Source: Octopus sinensis
Lineage: Eukaryota
Reading direction: 5' to 3'
Assembly (NCBI RefSeq): GCF_006345805.1
Contig: NC_043025.1
Location: 6,758,001 to 6,822,000, forward strand
DNA length: 64,000 bases
Shown: positions 25,350-38,534 of the stretch, one piece after another
Layout of the letters: every line of letters starts with the position of its first letter
How positions within the stretch are numbered: the stretch's first letter is position 1
Made by a program: the position numbers and the translations under genes
The notes under the pieces: model-generated
Seen by the model: the letters and a program-made list of their open reading frames with translations, nothing else
Databases searched by the model: none
Told to the model about the DNA's origin: nothing

Positions 25350-25800
25350 ACCCATGCTGGCATGGGTTGGACGGTTCAACTGGGGTCTGGGAAGCCAGGA
25401 GGCTGCACCAGGCCCAGTCTGATCTGGCAGTGTTTCTACGGCTGGATGCCCTTCCTAACGCCAACCACTCCGAGAGTGTAGTGGGTGCTTTCCCTGCTGG
25501 CATGGGTTGGACAGTTCAACTGGGGTCTGGGAAACCAGAAGGCTGCACCAGGTCCAGTCTGATCTGTCAGTGTTTCTACGGCTGGATGCCCTTCCTAACG
25601 CCAACCACTCCGAGAGTGTAGTGGGTGCTTTCCCTGCTGGCATGGGTTGGACGGTTCAACTGGGGTCTGGGAAACCAGAAGGCTGCACCAGGCCCCAGTC
25701 TGATCTGGCAGTGTTTCTACGGCTGGATGCCCTTCCTAACGCCAACCACTCCGAGAGTGTAGTGGGTGTTTTTTACGTGCCACCGGCACAGGTGCCAGAG
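25350..25800 (-). repeat. Three tandem ~140-bp copies of the RTE 3'-tail repeat
   Basis: GCTGGCATGGGTTGGACGG...CCGAGAGTGTAGTGGGTG x3; reverse complement of 14320-14460. Confidence 0.85.
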
Positions 25801-25913
25801 GAGGTTGGCTGGAGATCTCTATGTAGGAAGTAGACCTGGTAGAAATAGCAGTCAAATCTCTCTCAGATCACGCCCTACTGTCATTTGTATATAAACACGT
25901 GTATGAGCCATAG

Positions 25914-25944
<31 letters not shown>

Positions 25945-26383
25945 TACGTATGTTTTACATGTTTCAGTCATTAGACTACGACCATGCTGGAGCAACGTAC
26001 CTCGAAGAATTTTTAATTGAATAAATTGACCCCAGAACTTTTTTTTGTTTTGTTTTAAATCTGGTATTTATTGATTTCTTTTGCTGAACTGCTAGGTTAC
26101 GGGGATATAAACACACCAACATTGGTTGTTAAGTGGTGGGGGGGTGACAAACACATACACAAAGAGATACATATGCTCTTTTACTTGTTTCAGTCATTTG
26201 ACTGCGACCATGCTGGAGCACCGCCTTTAATCGAGCAACTCGACACCGGGACTTATTCTTTTGTAAGCCCAGTACTTATTCTATCGGTCTCTTTTGCCGA
26301 ACCGCTAGGTAACGGGGACATAAACACACCAGCATCGGTTGTCAAGCAATGCTATGGGGACAAACACAGACATACAAACATAT

Positions 26384-26456
<73 letters not shown>

Positions 26457-27773
26457 TATATACATATACATACATACGACAGGCTTCTTTTCAGTTTCTG
26501 TCTACCAAATCCACTCAAAAGGCCTTGGTTGGCCCGAGGCTATAGTAGAAGACACTTACTTGCCCAAGGTGCCACGCAGTGGGACTGAACCCGGAACTAT
26601 GTGGTTGGTAAACAAGCTACCTACCACACAGCCACTCATATATATATATATATATATATATGTCTTCTACTATAGCCTCGGGCTGACCAAAGCCTTGTGA
26701 GTGGATTTGGTAGACGGAAACTGAAAGAAGCCCATCATGTGTGTGCGTGTGTGTATATATATATATATGTATGTGTGTGTATATGTTTGTATGTCTGTGT
26801 TTAAAGGCAGTGCTCCAGCATGGCCGCAGTCAAATGACTGAAACAAGTAAAAGAGCATATGTATCTCTTTGTGTATGTGTTTGTCCCCCACCACCAGTGT
26901 TGGTGTGTTTATATCCCTGTAACCTAGCAGTTCAGCACACACATGATGGGCTTCTTTCAGTTTCCATCTACCAAATCCAGTCACAAGTCTTTGGTCGGCC
27001 CGAGGCTATAGTAGAAGACACTTGCCCAAGGTGCCACGCAGTGGGACTGAGCCTGGAACCATGTGGTTGGTAAACAAGCTTCTTACCACATGGCCATGCC
27101 TCATCCTGCTTCTTTGTGTTTTCCAAACGCCACTCAAATCTCAGACTCCATGGAGCCACAGACACTTCATCAGCATCCTGGTTTAACATCTGTTTTTCCA
27201 TGTCGGCATGGGTTAAACATTTAGCTAAGGGCTTATGGCCTATCACATTTTTTGCACGTGCAACAACTACGGCAAAACAGCCCTTCCTTAATCTCCTTCC
27301 TCATGAGACAACAGAACTTATTGAAGAGATGGGAGCAGCTGTAGTTCTTTGGTTAGGGACATGACCTTTGTTGAAGTGTCATTGATGTCAAGGAGGTGGA
27401 GTTTATTAATAGCCTTTAATTAATGTATGGCTTCATCATTGCAGGATCCTGTCACAGAGCAAGACTTGATTACAAGTCAACAACTAACACACAAACACAC
27501 ACACACATATATATATACACACACCTAAACTGTGTGTGCGTGTATATATATCTCTTTCTCTTTTACTTGTTTCAGTCATTTGACTGCGGCCATGCTGGAG
27601 CACCGCCTTTAGTCGAGCAAATCGACCCCGGGACTTATTCTTTTGTAAGCCCAGTACTTATTCTATCAGTTTCTTTTGCCGAACCGCTAAGTGACGGGGA
27701 CATAAACACACCAGCATCGGTTGTCAAGCAATGCTAGGGGGACAAACACAGACACACAAACAAACACACATGC

Positions 27774-27806
<33 letters not shown>

Positions 27807-27991
27807 TACGACAGGCTTCTTTCAGTTTCCGTCTACCAAATCCACTCACAAGGCATTGGTCGGCCTGAGGCTATAGTAGAAGACACTTGCCCAAGGTGCC
27901 ACGCAGTGGGACTGAACCCGGAACCATGTGATTGGTAAACAAGCTACTTACCACACAGTCACTCCTGCGCCTATATACATATATATATAAA

Positions 27992-28195
27992 GTTAATTCA
28001 AACATGAAAACACCAAGAGAAAACACAACAACACGAGGACGTGGAACAAATATAGTATTATTGGACACTCAGGAAGGAAGGGAAGAAAGAGGGTTTTACG
28101 TTTCGAGCAGAGCTCTTCATCAGAAACAGGAAAAGGAAAGATCCAGAGAAGGGAAGACGGAGGATAAAAATCGCCAATGGTACACATGCGGTCAT
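27992..28195 (-). mobile_element. Short (TA)n-flanked Penelope-type element carrying a hammerhead motif
   Basis: Homologous to 61660-61856 (+); contains the hammerhead at 28093-28127. Confidence 0.65.
28093..28127 (-). ncRNA. Minimal type I hammerhead ribozyme with intact core
   Basis: gttt CTGATGA a gagc tct gctc GAAA cg TA aaac. Confidence 0.75.
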
Positions 28196-29260
28196 ATATA
28201 AAGATTTCTTTATTGCCCACAGAGGGTTAAACATAGAGGGGACAAATAAGGAGAGACAAAGGGATAAAGTCGATTACGTCGACCCCAATGCGTATCTGGT
28301 ACTTATTTAATCGAACCTGAAAGGATGAATGGCAAAGTTGACGTTGACGGAATTTGAACTCAGAACGTAACAGCAGATGAAATACCTATTTCTTTACTAC
28401 CCACAAGGGGCTAAACACAGGACAAACAAGGGCAGACAAACGGATTAAGTCGATTACATCGACCCCAGTGCGCAACTGGTACTTATTTAATCGACCCCGA
28501 AAGGATGAAAGGCAAAGTTGACCTCGGCGGAATTTGAACTCAGAACGTAGTGGCAGACGAAATACCGCTAAGCATTTTGCCCGGCATGCTAACGATTCTG
28601 CCAGCTTGCCACCCTTTAAAAGAATATATTAAAAAATATATATAGGTACAGGCCTGGCTGTGTGGTAAGATGTTCGCTTTCCAACCATATAGTTCCGGGT
28701 TCAGTCCCACTGCATGGCACATTGGGCAAGTGTCAGCTTTAGCCTCAAGCCGACCAAAGCCCTGTGAGTAGATTTAGTAGATGGAAACTGAAAGAAGCCT
28801 GTTTGCGTTTGTCCCTGCCCCACCATCGCTCGACAACAGATGTTGGTGTGTTTATGTCCCTGTAACTTAGCAGTTCAGCAAAAGAGACTGATAGGATAAG
28901 TACTAGGCTTACAAAGAATAAGTCCTGGGAGCGGGTGGGAGGAGGCAATCTGTTCGGACTAAAACTCCTTGAAGGTGGTGCTCCAGCATGGCCACAGTCA
29001 AATGACTGAAACAGAAAGAAAAAGAAGAATAAAAAGGGATAAAACAGGTGTTTGTTCAGTTTCTGTTTTGAAAAATTCATTCATAAGGCATTGGTGAACC
29101 CAAGGTTATAATATAAGGTGCCATGCAATGGGATTGAACCTGAAACCTTGTATTTCAGAAGCAAACTTCTTATCACACAGCCATCCCTGTCAAATACCTG
29201 TTGATCTATATTTTGTGTAACTGTGAGAGTTTAGATATATGCACACACACACACACACAT

Positions 29261-29291
<31 letters not shown>

Positions 29292-29483
29292 AAATCAGGC
29301 ACACTCATTATAGACGTGTATATATTTATATACATACACTTGTATATATATATATATATACACATTTATATGTGTGTGTATATATATATATATAGATATA
29401 TATATACACATATATATATATATACACACATTTATATGTGTGTGTATATATATATAGATATATATACATACACATATATACAC

Positions 29484-29526
<43 letters not shown>

Positions 29527-29536
29527 CTCATAATAC

Positions 29537-29571
<35 letters not shown>

Positions 29572-30789
29572 TATATATATATATTTATCACACAGACATG
29601 CATTATATACACAAACACACACATATGTATATATATATATACACACACATATAAAAGAAACAAAAAAAAAGCCAAAAGCAAGCACAGAAATATCTTTGAA
29701 ATATTTTTGCTAAATAATTGAGCAAACCATAATAAGAACAACAACAACAACAACAGCAATAATGGTTTCACAATAAGCCTATTGTCTGTGTGAATAACTA
29801 TTCATAATTCTATTTATTCCTCTTATTGTCCTCCCTTTATCTCTTCCTCCAATGTCACAACCATTTACATCCTCCATTTCTCAACCGATTGTTTCCTGTC
29901 TTTGCTTTCAGTCATTGTTATTTCTTTTGTATTCCTCCATCTCCATCCTCCTCTTCCCAACCATTTCATCATTATTCACACAATTATCTCCTGCCTTCAT
30001 CCATTTATTTCCCTCACTTTACACTCATTCTCTCCATCTTCATTTTCCTTTGTCTTCAATTTTCTCCCCACCGCTTCTCTTCTTTTATATTTCCTTTTTG
30101 TTTTAACTTCATCTTATTTTTGTTTTTTTCCTTTCTTTCTTTAATCTTTTCCTCGTCTTCTTTTCCTTCTTCCCTTTGTCTTCATTTTTTTCCTCATCAT
30201 TTTGCTTCTCCACTTCCCACCGTCTCCTTCCATCTTATTCCCCTGCTTCTTTTTCCTTTTCTCCCTTGTTCTTCTACGTCATCTTCTCCAACTTCTCTTC
30301 CTTGCTGTTCTTATTTCACCTGTGTTCTATTTTCTACTGACTCCACCTTATCAACTTTACACACACACACAAACATCTCTCTCAAGAACATTTTCTTCTG
30401 ACTCTCAACCATCATTTCACAGCTATCTATTCAAGAAAAACATTAACCAACATTTACATGGCGCCAATTTTTCTAATCTTGAAGAGCCCCAAAATCCATG
30501 GCTCCATTCTCTACCACCAGACCAATCCATCAACAAACCTCCATATCAAAACCCTGTGGGTTCCTCCTTATTCAGCCACCATTTTTTACTGCTTTCTTTA
30601 AAATATTTTCTTCATCCTTCAAATAAGATTTTTCACTCAAACTCTTCTCTTCTGACCTTTTTCTCTTAATCTCTGCCTTTCTCTCAGCATAGCATGTCGG
30701 ACAAAATGCTTAGCAATATTTCACCCATCGCTGCGTTCTGAGTTCAAATTCCATTGAAGTCAATTTTGTCTTTCATCCTTTCGGGATTA

Positions 30790-32200
30790 TCATCATCGTT
30801 TAACGTCCACTTTCCATGCTAGCATTGGTTGGACGATTTTGACTGAGGGCTGGCAACGAAATGGCTGCACCATCTCCAGTCTTGATCTGGCAGAGTTTCT
30901 ACAGCTGGATGCCATTCCTAACGCCAACCACTCCGAGAGTGTAGTGGGTACTTTTTACATGCCACTGGCACGGGGCCAGTCAGGCGGTACTGGCAACGAC
31001 CTCACTCAAATCCTTTTACACATGCCACCAGCACAGGTGCCAGTAAAGCGACATTGGTAACGATCACGCTCTGAGTTTCTACAGCTGGATGCCCTTCCTA
31101 ACGCCAACCACTCCGAGAGTGTAGTGGGTACTTTTTATGTGCCACCAGTACAGGGGCCAGTCAGGCGGTACTGGCAATGACCTTTCTTGAATCTTTTTAC
31201 ACGCTTTCCATGGGTTTGACGATTTTGACTGAGGGCTGGTGAGCCAGATGGCTGCACCAGGGTACAATCTCGATCTGGCAGAGTTTCTACAGCTGGATGC
31301 CCTTCCTAACGCCAACCACTCCGAGAGTGTGATGGGTACTTTTTATGTGCCACCAGTACAGGGGCCAGTCAGGCGGTACTGGCAATGACCTTGCTTGAAT
31401 CTTTTTACACGCTTTCCATGAGTTGGACGATTTTGACTGAGGGCTGACAACCACATGGCTGCGCCAGGCTCCAGTCTTGATCTGGCAGAGTTTCTACAGC
31501 TGGATGCCATTCCTAACACCAACCACTCCGAGAGTGTAGTGGGTGCTTTTTACATGCCACTGGCACGGGGGCCAGTCAGGCGGTACTGGCAACGACCTCG
31601 CTCAAATCCTTTTACACATGCCACCAGCACAGGTGCCAGTAAAGCGACATTGGTAACGATCACGCTCTGAGTTTCTACAGCTGGATGCCCTTCCTAACGC
31701 CAACCACTCCGAGAGTGTAGTGGATACTTTTTATGTGCCACCAGTACAGGGGCCAGTCAGGCGGTACTGGCAATGACCTTGCTTGAATCTTTTTACACGC
31801 TTTCCATGGGTTGGACGATTTTGACTGAGGGCTGGTGAGCCAGATGGCTGCACCAGGCTGTAATCTCGATCTGGCAGAGTTTCTACAGCTGGATGCCCTT
31901 CCTAATGCCAACCACTCCGAGAGTGTAGCGGGGGCTTTTTATGTGCCACCGGCATGGGGGCCAGTCAGGCACTACTGGTAATGACCTCGTTCAAATCTTT
32001 TTACACGTGCCAGTGAAGCGACTTTGGTGCCCTTGTACGTGCCACGGGTACGGAAGCCAGTTGGCTGCTCTGGCAACGATCACGCTCGGATGGTGCTCTT
32101 GGCACCCTACTAGCACAGGCATGAGTGCCAGTAAGGCGACGCTGGTAACGATTATACTCGAATAGCTGCTCTGTCAATGATCACACTCGTATGGTGCTCT
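30790..32200 (-). repeat. RTE 3'UTR-derived repeat cluster with a 596-bp higher-order duplication
   Basis: 31071 matches 31667 and 31201 matches 31797 (offset 596). Confidence 0.85.
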
Positions 32201-33193
32201 TTGCACCCCGAGTACTGGAGTTGATGTCATCGACTCCTCCTCCTAATTGCAGGCCTTGTGCGTTTAGCAGAAAGTATTATTATTATCATAATTATTTTTT
32301 TAACCATATAGGCACAGGAGTGGATGTGTGGTAAGAAGCTTGCTTCCCAACCACATGGTTCTGGGTTCAGTCCCAATGCGTAGCACCTTGGACAAGTGTC
32401 TTCTACTATAGCCTCGGGCCTTGTGAGAAGATTTGGTCGATGGAAACTGAAAGAAGTCCATCGTATATCTATATATGTGTGCGTATAGGCGCAGGAGTGG
32501 CTGTGTGGTAAGTAGCTTGCTTACCAACCACATAGTTCCAGGTTCAGTATCACTGCGTGGCACCTTGGGCGAGTGTCTTTTATTATAGCCTCAGGCCAAA
32601 CAAAGCATTGTGAGTGGATTTGGTAGATAGAAACTGAAAGAAGCCTGTTGTATGCGCATATATATATATATATATATATATATGCATGTTTGTCCCCCCC
32701 ACCAACATCACTTGACAACCGATGCTGGTGTGTTTACGTCTCCATCACTTAGAAGTTCAGCAAGAGAGACTGATAGAATAAGTACTAGTCTTACAAAGAA
32801 TAAACTCTGTCCGGCGTGCTAATGATTCTGCAGTTTGCCCCCTTAATAATAATATCTGAATAAAAGACTAACTGGTCACGACTGGAACGTCTACTGAATG
32901 GGGACTGGCCTGTGGCTAAACAACAACAGTAACAAGGTAAGGCACATTAAATGATATAGTCCTAGATACACAAATTGCATTCCAAGAGGAATAAGATGCA
33001 GGGCTCTGTTAGAACAGCTTTGATCATAGGTATGTTGGATCAGAACTGACCCAGGGCTAAACGGCAAGATATATTTACGATTCATTAAACAACTGTAATT
33101 AAGAGGATGTTTTTTTATTAAGTGAAATACAGTTTATAGAATATAAAATATACAATCAACTGATATTATATACACACACATATAGACATACAT

Positions 33194-33226
<33 letters not shown>

Positions 33227-33811
33227 CATACATTCATACACATAGTTGTCTTTTGCATCAATGTTGTGTGTGTGCACGTGAACACACACATATTTAAGTG
33301 TGCATTTATATATACATACATTATATATATATATGACATATATATATATAAATATTTACATGTATGTATATATCTATATATGTACTTACAAATACATATT
33401 ATGTTTATGCAAATGTTATGAATGTTTGCTTGTGTGTGTATGTATACATATACACATATATATATATACACATATACATAAATATATATATATACATATA
33501 CATACATATATACATATACATACATACATATATATACATATACATACATACATATATATACATATACATACATACATATATATATACATATATACATACA
33601 TATACATACATATATACATACATATACATACATACACATACATACATATACATACATACATACATACATACATACATACATACACATACATACATACATA
33701 CATACATATATACATATACATACATACATATACATACATACATATATACATATATATATATATCTCAAGTATATATAAAGTCAGTTGATTGGGTAGTTGG
33801 AATTCTTCTTT

Positions 33812-33880
33812 CAAGAAATATTTTTTTCGGATCTTGCTAACTCCACGGAGCTTCTAGCAAGTTCTTCATACATTTACAGG
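33812..33880 (-). promoter_or_regulatory. Type II SECIS element of SELENOK
   Basis: aaatgt ATGAA GAACTTGCTAG AAG CTC cgtg GAG TTAGCAAGATC CGAA aaaa atattt: AUGA/GA core, 11-bp helix II, apical AAG plus mini-stem. Confidence 0.88.
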
Positions 33881-34149
33881 CACAGCTGCAAGGCTTCTGG
33901 TAAAAGAAGGATTCCTTTGGGTTTGTACATATGTATCCAGATGGTCCTCGACTAATGAGGAAACAGGGAGAAGGGTAGGGAGTGGTATGGGAGTGGGGAG
34001 GTGATGGGGGACCGTGGCTTGACCCCCTCCAGATGCTGCTGGAATCAAGCCAGGAAGAATATACAAGAACGTGTGGTGACACGTGTCCTCCTCCGTTCTA
34101 ACATGTTTGATGGTGTTAAACTCTGAGTAACATCTGTTGTAGCTGCTTA

Positions 34150-34760
34150 ATACTCAGGAGAATTCTAGATTAATCAGAAGCTGAAGCTCAAAGCAACTGG
34201 TGGACTGGCTAGATTAACCTAAATCTCAAGTTCACAGCATCTTGTGTACCGATCGAATTAACCAAAACAGATTCTCATTGCATCTGGTGACCCAGATTAA
34301 CTAAATGCTGGAGCACTTGGCAGGATGGACTAGCCAGAGCAACCAGAAGCTAGAGCTCAAAGTACCTGGTGAACAAGATTAACTAAAAATTGGAGCCCAC
34401 AGCATCTGGCCAATTTCACCAAAGACAATCTCCTAAGCATCTGGTGAACTAGATCAACCAAAAGCTCATAGCATCTATCAGGGTGGACAGGTTAGATTTA
34501 CCATAACCTGAAGCTTAAGGCTTAAATCTGGTAGACTGGCCAATTTCATCAAAATCCAGAGCTCAAAACATCTGGTAGACTAGATTAACCAAAAGTTGGA
34601 GCTAATAACATGTGGCAAGATGGTCTGTTCAACACAACCAAAAGCTGGAGCTTAAAGTATGTAGTGGATTAAGCAGAGCAGGAGCTCAATGCATCTGGTG
34701 TAGTGGCTAGATTAACTACAAGTTACACTCATATCATCTAGATTAGTACAGATGTAAAAA
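34150..34760. repeat. Degenerate ~40-45-bp minisatellite inside the SELENOK 3'UTR
   Basis: Recurrent AGATTAACCAAAAGCTGGAGCTCAAAGCATCTGGTGGACT-like units. Confidence 0.7.
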
Positions 34761-35002
34761 TGTTGATCACTCCAGATGACCAAAGTTACTTTTGAAATCA
34801 TGGTAGAGGGGGAGGAGGAGGAGAAGAAGAAGAAATTTTTAAAATGTTACAAAATCAGAGGAGAGAGAAAGAGGAAGATAAATGGGGAGTAGGGTGAAGA
34901 GGAGGGGGAGGAGAGGAAGAGGGTTTAGTAGAATTACTGTTTCCTGATTAGTGGGGACCATCTGAGGCAGTCTGTGGTCTTTTTAAGACAGCAGACTGCC
35001 TC

Positions 35003-35096
35003 CTAACCTCATCCACCTCCACTCATCGGTGGGGGACCAGGTATGTCACCGTCAAAATTTAATCTGCCCATGCGCCGCCTTGGAGGGGGTGGTGGG
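35003..35096 (-). CDS. SELENOK: Selenoprotein K, coding exon 5 (Sec codon at 35009-35011)
   Basis: tttttatttttcag|; (G)PPPPPRRRMGRLNFDGDIPGPPPMSGGG-UGA-G-TAG matches the SelK C-terminus PPRRMGRI...PPPMAGGUGR. Confidence 0.95.
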
Positions 35097-35461
35097 CTGA
35101 AAAATAAAAACGGGAAAAAATTTATAAACAAGAATGTAAATTAATAACATGTATAGTTATGTGTACATATGTGTATGTGTGTATAATGTGTATATATATG
35201 TGTGTGTGCTTGTGTGTATATATATATAGAGAGCAATAAGAAAATGGAGGGGATGAATAGGTGGTTCATCAACTTCAGTCTACTGGAGAAATAAAGGTAG
35301 AATGAGGTATTTTTACCTCTTGGCTGAAACAGCTGTAAGTTATTTTCCTATTGCGTGGCTTTTAAGCTAGCTCCTGTGGAGGGCTCTTCATTAGGCCTTG
35401 GGCCCAACAATGACACGTCATGCATTAAGTACATATAAAATTTTAGTAAACTTCAACAATA

Positions 35462-35870
35462 GGCGCAGGAGTGGCTGTGTGGTAAGTAGCTTGTTTACCA
35501 ACCACATGGTTCCGGGTTCAGTCCCACTGCGTGGCACCTTGGGCAAGTGTCTTCTACTATAGCCTCGGGCCGACCAAAGCCTTGTGAGTGGATTTAGTAG
35601 ACGGAAACTGAAAGAAGCCTGTCGTATATATATGTATATATATATGTATTTGTGTGTATGTTTGTGTGTCTGTGTTTGTCCCCCTAGCATTGCTTGACAA
35701 CTGATGCTGGTGTGTTTACGTCCCCGTCACCTAGTGGTTCGGCAAAAGAGACCGATAGATTAAGTACTGGGCTTACAAAGAATAAGTCCCGGGGTCGATT
35801 TGCTCGACTAAAGGCGGTGCTCCAGCATGGCCGCAGTCAAATGACTGAAACAAGTAAAAGAGTAAAAGAG
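35462..35870 (+). mobile_element. Full-length tRNA-SINE of the main family (further copies e.g. 37257-37661 +, 48053-48436 +, 52872-53280 +, 27555-27972 -, 45683-46385 -, 50445-50825 -)
   Basis: tRNA-like head, internal (TA)/(TG) tract, 3' half ending GAAACAAGTAAAAGAGTAAAAGAG. Confidence 0.92.
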
Positions 35871-37668
35871 AATATTTTTCAAGCAATGAACAATTTTCAT
35901 CGAAACAATGATATAATTTGGAAATTATTGCAAAGCTGCATGATAAACAACAGTACCACCACCATCACCACCACATCTGCTATACACACACATCAGACTT
36001 CTGATGCCACCACCACCAATACCTTTGACTTCGCCGCCTTCCCCTCCACCACCACTGTCTTTTACATCGCTTACTCTCACCGTCATCCCTGACCACTTCG
36101 GCTACCACCATCACCTCCACCTCTATCACAACTACAGCTCATACTATTACCATCACAAAAAGGCTTAATGTGTGTGTTAGTCCAATATGTTAGTTTAGTG
36201 TTCAGTCCCTCCTTCTCTCTCTCTTATTATTACTCCCACCGCCACCATCAACACTACTACTTTTAATAAAACATCATCAACTCTCCCTCTCTTTTCTTTT
36301 TCTCTGTCTGTCTGTCTGTCTTCGCCACTGCCCTCACCATCTGTATGCCTACTAATACTCTCACCCAAATATGAGCAACAGTAGAAGTGTCATTGAATAG
36401 TGAGAGGAGGGGGGGGCAAAGTTTGACACACTGACACACAGAAATTAGTTTTTGCATTCATTAGATATATATATATATATATACATCATCATCATCGTTT
36501 AACGTCCGCTTTCCATGCTAGCATGGGTTGGACGGTTCAACTGGGGTCTGGGGAGCCCAAAGGCTGCACCAGGCCAGTCAGATCTGGCAGTGTTTCTACA
36601 GCTGGATGCCCTTCCTAATGCCAACCACTCCGAGAGTGTAGTGGGTGATTTTATGTGCCACCGACACAGGTGCCAGACGAGGCTGGCAGACGGCCACGCT
36701 CGGATGGTGTTTTTTATGTGCAACCGACACAGGTGCCAGACGAGGCTGGTGAACAGCCATGATATATATAAGGGTAAAAATCCTCTTGAGACATGAATGA
36801 CCACAGGATTGCAACTAGAAAGCTCCCCTCAGAGGCACAAGCCCAGGCAGAGTTGTTTATGGAAGACCAGTAGACGCCCATGCACACCTGCCTTCCCTCT
36901 GTGTGACCAATGTTATCCAAGGGAAGAGGCAAAGGGACCGATACAGCTTGGCACCAGTGATGTTGAAACTCATTTCTACAGCTGAGTAAACTGGAGCAAC
37001 ATGAAATAAAGTGTCTTGCTCAAGAACACAACTCACAGCTCAATCCAGGATTCGAACTCACTACCTCATGGTTGTGAGCCTGACACTTTAACCACTGAGC
37101 CATGTGCCTTCACATCTGTTCTCAATGTCATTTTGAAAAATAAATAATCACATGACTGAAATCTGAAAGCTTTGAGATAATGCAGGATTAATTGAAAACA
37201 ATGTGAATAAATAAAGGAGCAAAGTGTATGTACTCCGCTATTTATGTATATATATAGGCGCAGGAGTGGCTGTGTGGTAAGTAGCTTGCTAACCAACCAC
37301 ATGGTTCCGGGTTCAGTCCCACTGCGTGGCACCTTGGGCAAGTGTCTTCTGCTATAGCCCCGGGCCGACCAATGCCTTGTGAGTGGATTTGGTAGACGGA
37401 AACTGAAAGAAGCCTGTCGTATATATGTATATATATGTATACATATATATATATATATGTGTGCGTGTATGTGTGTGTCCCCCTAGTATTGCTTGACAAC
37501 CGATGCTGGTGTGTTTACGTCCCCATAACTTAGTGGTTCAGCAAAAGAGACCGATAGAATAAGTACTGGGCTTACAAAGAATAAATCCCAGGATCGATTT
37601 GCTCGACTAAAGGCGGTGCTCCAGTATGGCCGCAGTCAAATGACTGAAACAAGTAAAAGAGTATATAT

Positions 37669-38035
37669 AATACAAAATGAGTCAAGAACGCAAAACATCC
37701 GGACAACTAGGTGATACAAAAAGGGACAACAAAACATCCAGATAGACGATACAAAAAAACAAGAATGGGTCATTCAAAGCCCTGTATCCTCAGTCAAGCA
37801 CCAGATTATCCTTGCAATTTCGGCTGATTATTCTTGAAATAATAATAATAATCAAGAAATAATAAGCAAGAGTAGTCAGCCGAAATTGCGAGGATAATCT
37901 GGTGCTTGACTGAGGATAGAGGTCTTCGAATGACCCGTCCTTGTTTTCTTTGTATCGTCTATCTGGATGTTTTGTTGTCCCTTTTTGTATCACCTAACTG
38001 TCCGGATGTTTTGCGTTCTTGTCCCATTTTGTATT
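37669..38035. repeat. Long inverted repeat (~168-bp arms, ~30-nt AT-rich loop)
   Basis: 37669-37836 is the imperfect reverse complement of 37867-38035. Confidence 0.9.
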
Positions 38036-38534
38036 TTATATATGGTGAAGCACAACCTTCGAACTTTAGGTCTCACTGAGGAAATGACTAGAGACCGAGA
38101 CCTTTGGAAGTGTGCTGTGCTTGAGAGGACCCGGCAGGACAAGTGAGACCATAACCCGGGATGTGCCAGTCCACTTATGCATACCTTTCCTTCTGGGGAC
38201 ACAAAACTCTACTTGTGAAGACCTGTTGAGACAAGTGAGAATTGAAATCGATCAACATCAATGGAAATTGCAGCTGTGATACCAGTGCCGGTGGCATGCA
38301 AGAGAACCATCTGAACGTGGCCATTGCCAGCGCTGCCCCGACTGGCCTCGTGCCAGTGGGACATAAAGAGCACCCACTACACTCACGGAATGGTTGGCGT
38401 TAGGAAGGGCATCCAGCCGTAGAAACGTTGCCAGATCAGACTGGGCCTGGTGCAGCCTTCTGGCTTCCCAGACCCCAGTTGAACCGTCCAACCCATGCTA
38501 GCATGGAAAGTGGATGCTAAACGATGATCATCAT

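Noticed and set aside
33837-34133. Minus-strand ORFs as an alternative last exon of SELENOK
   Set aside because: The exon at 35096 gives the canonical SelK C-terminus; this region is 3'UTR containing the SECIS
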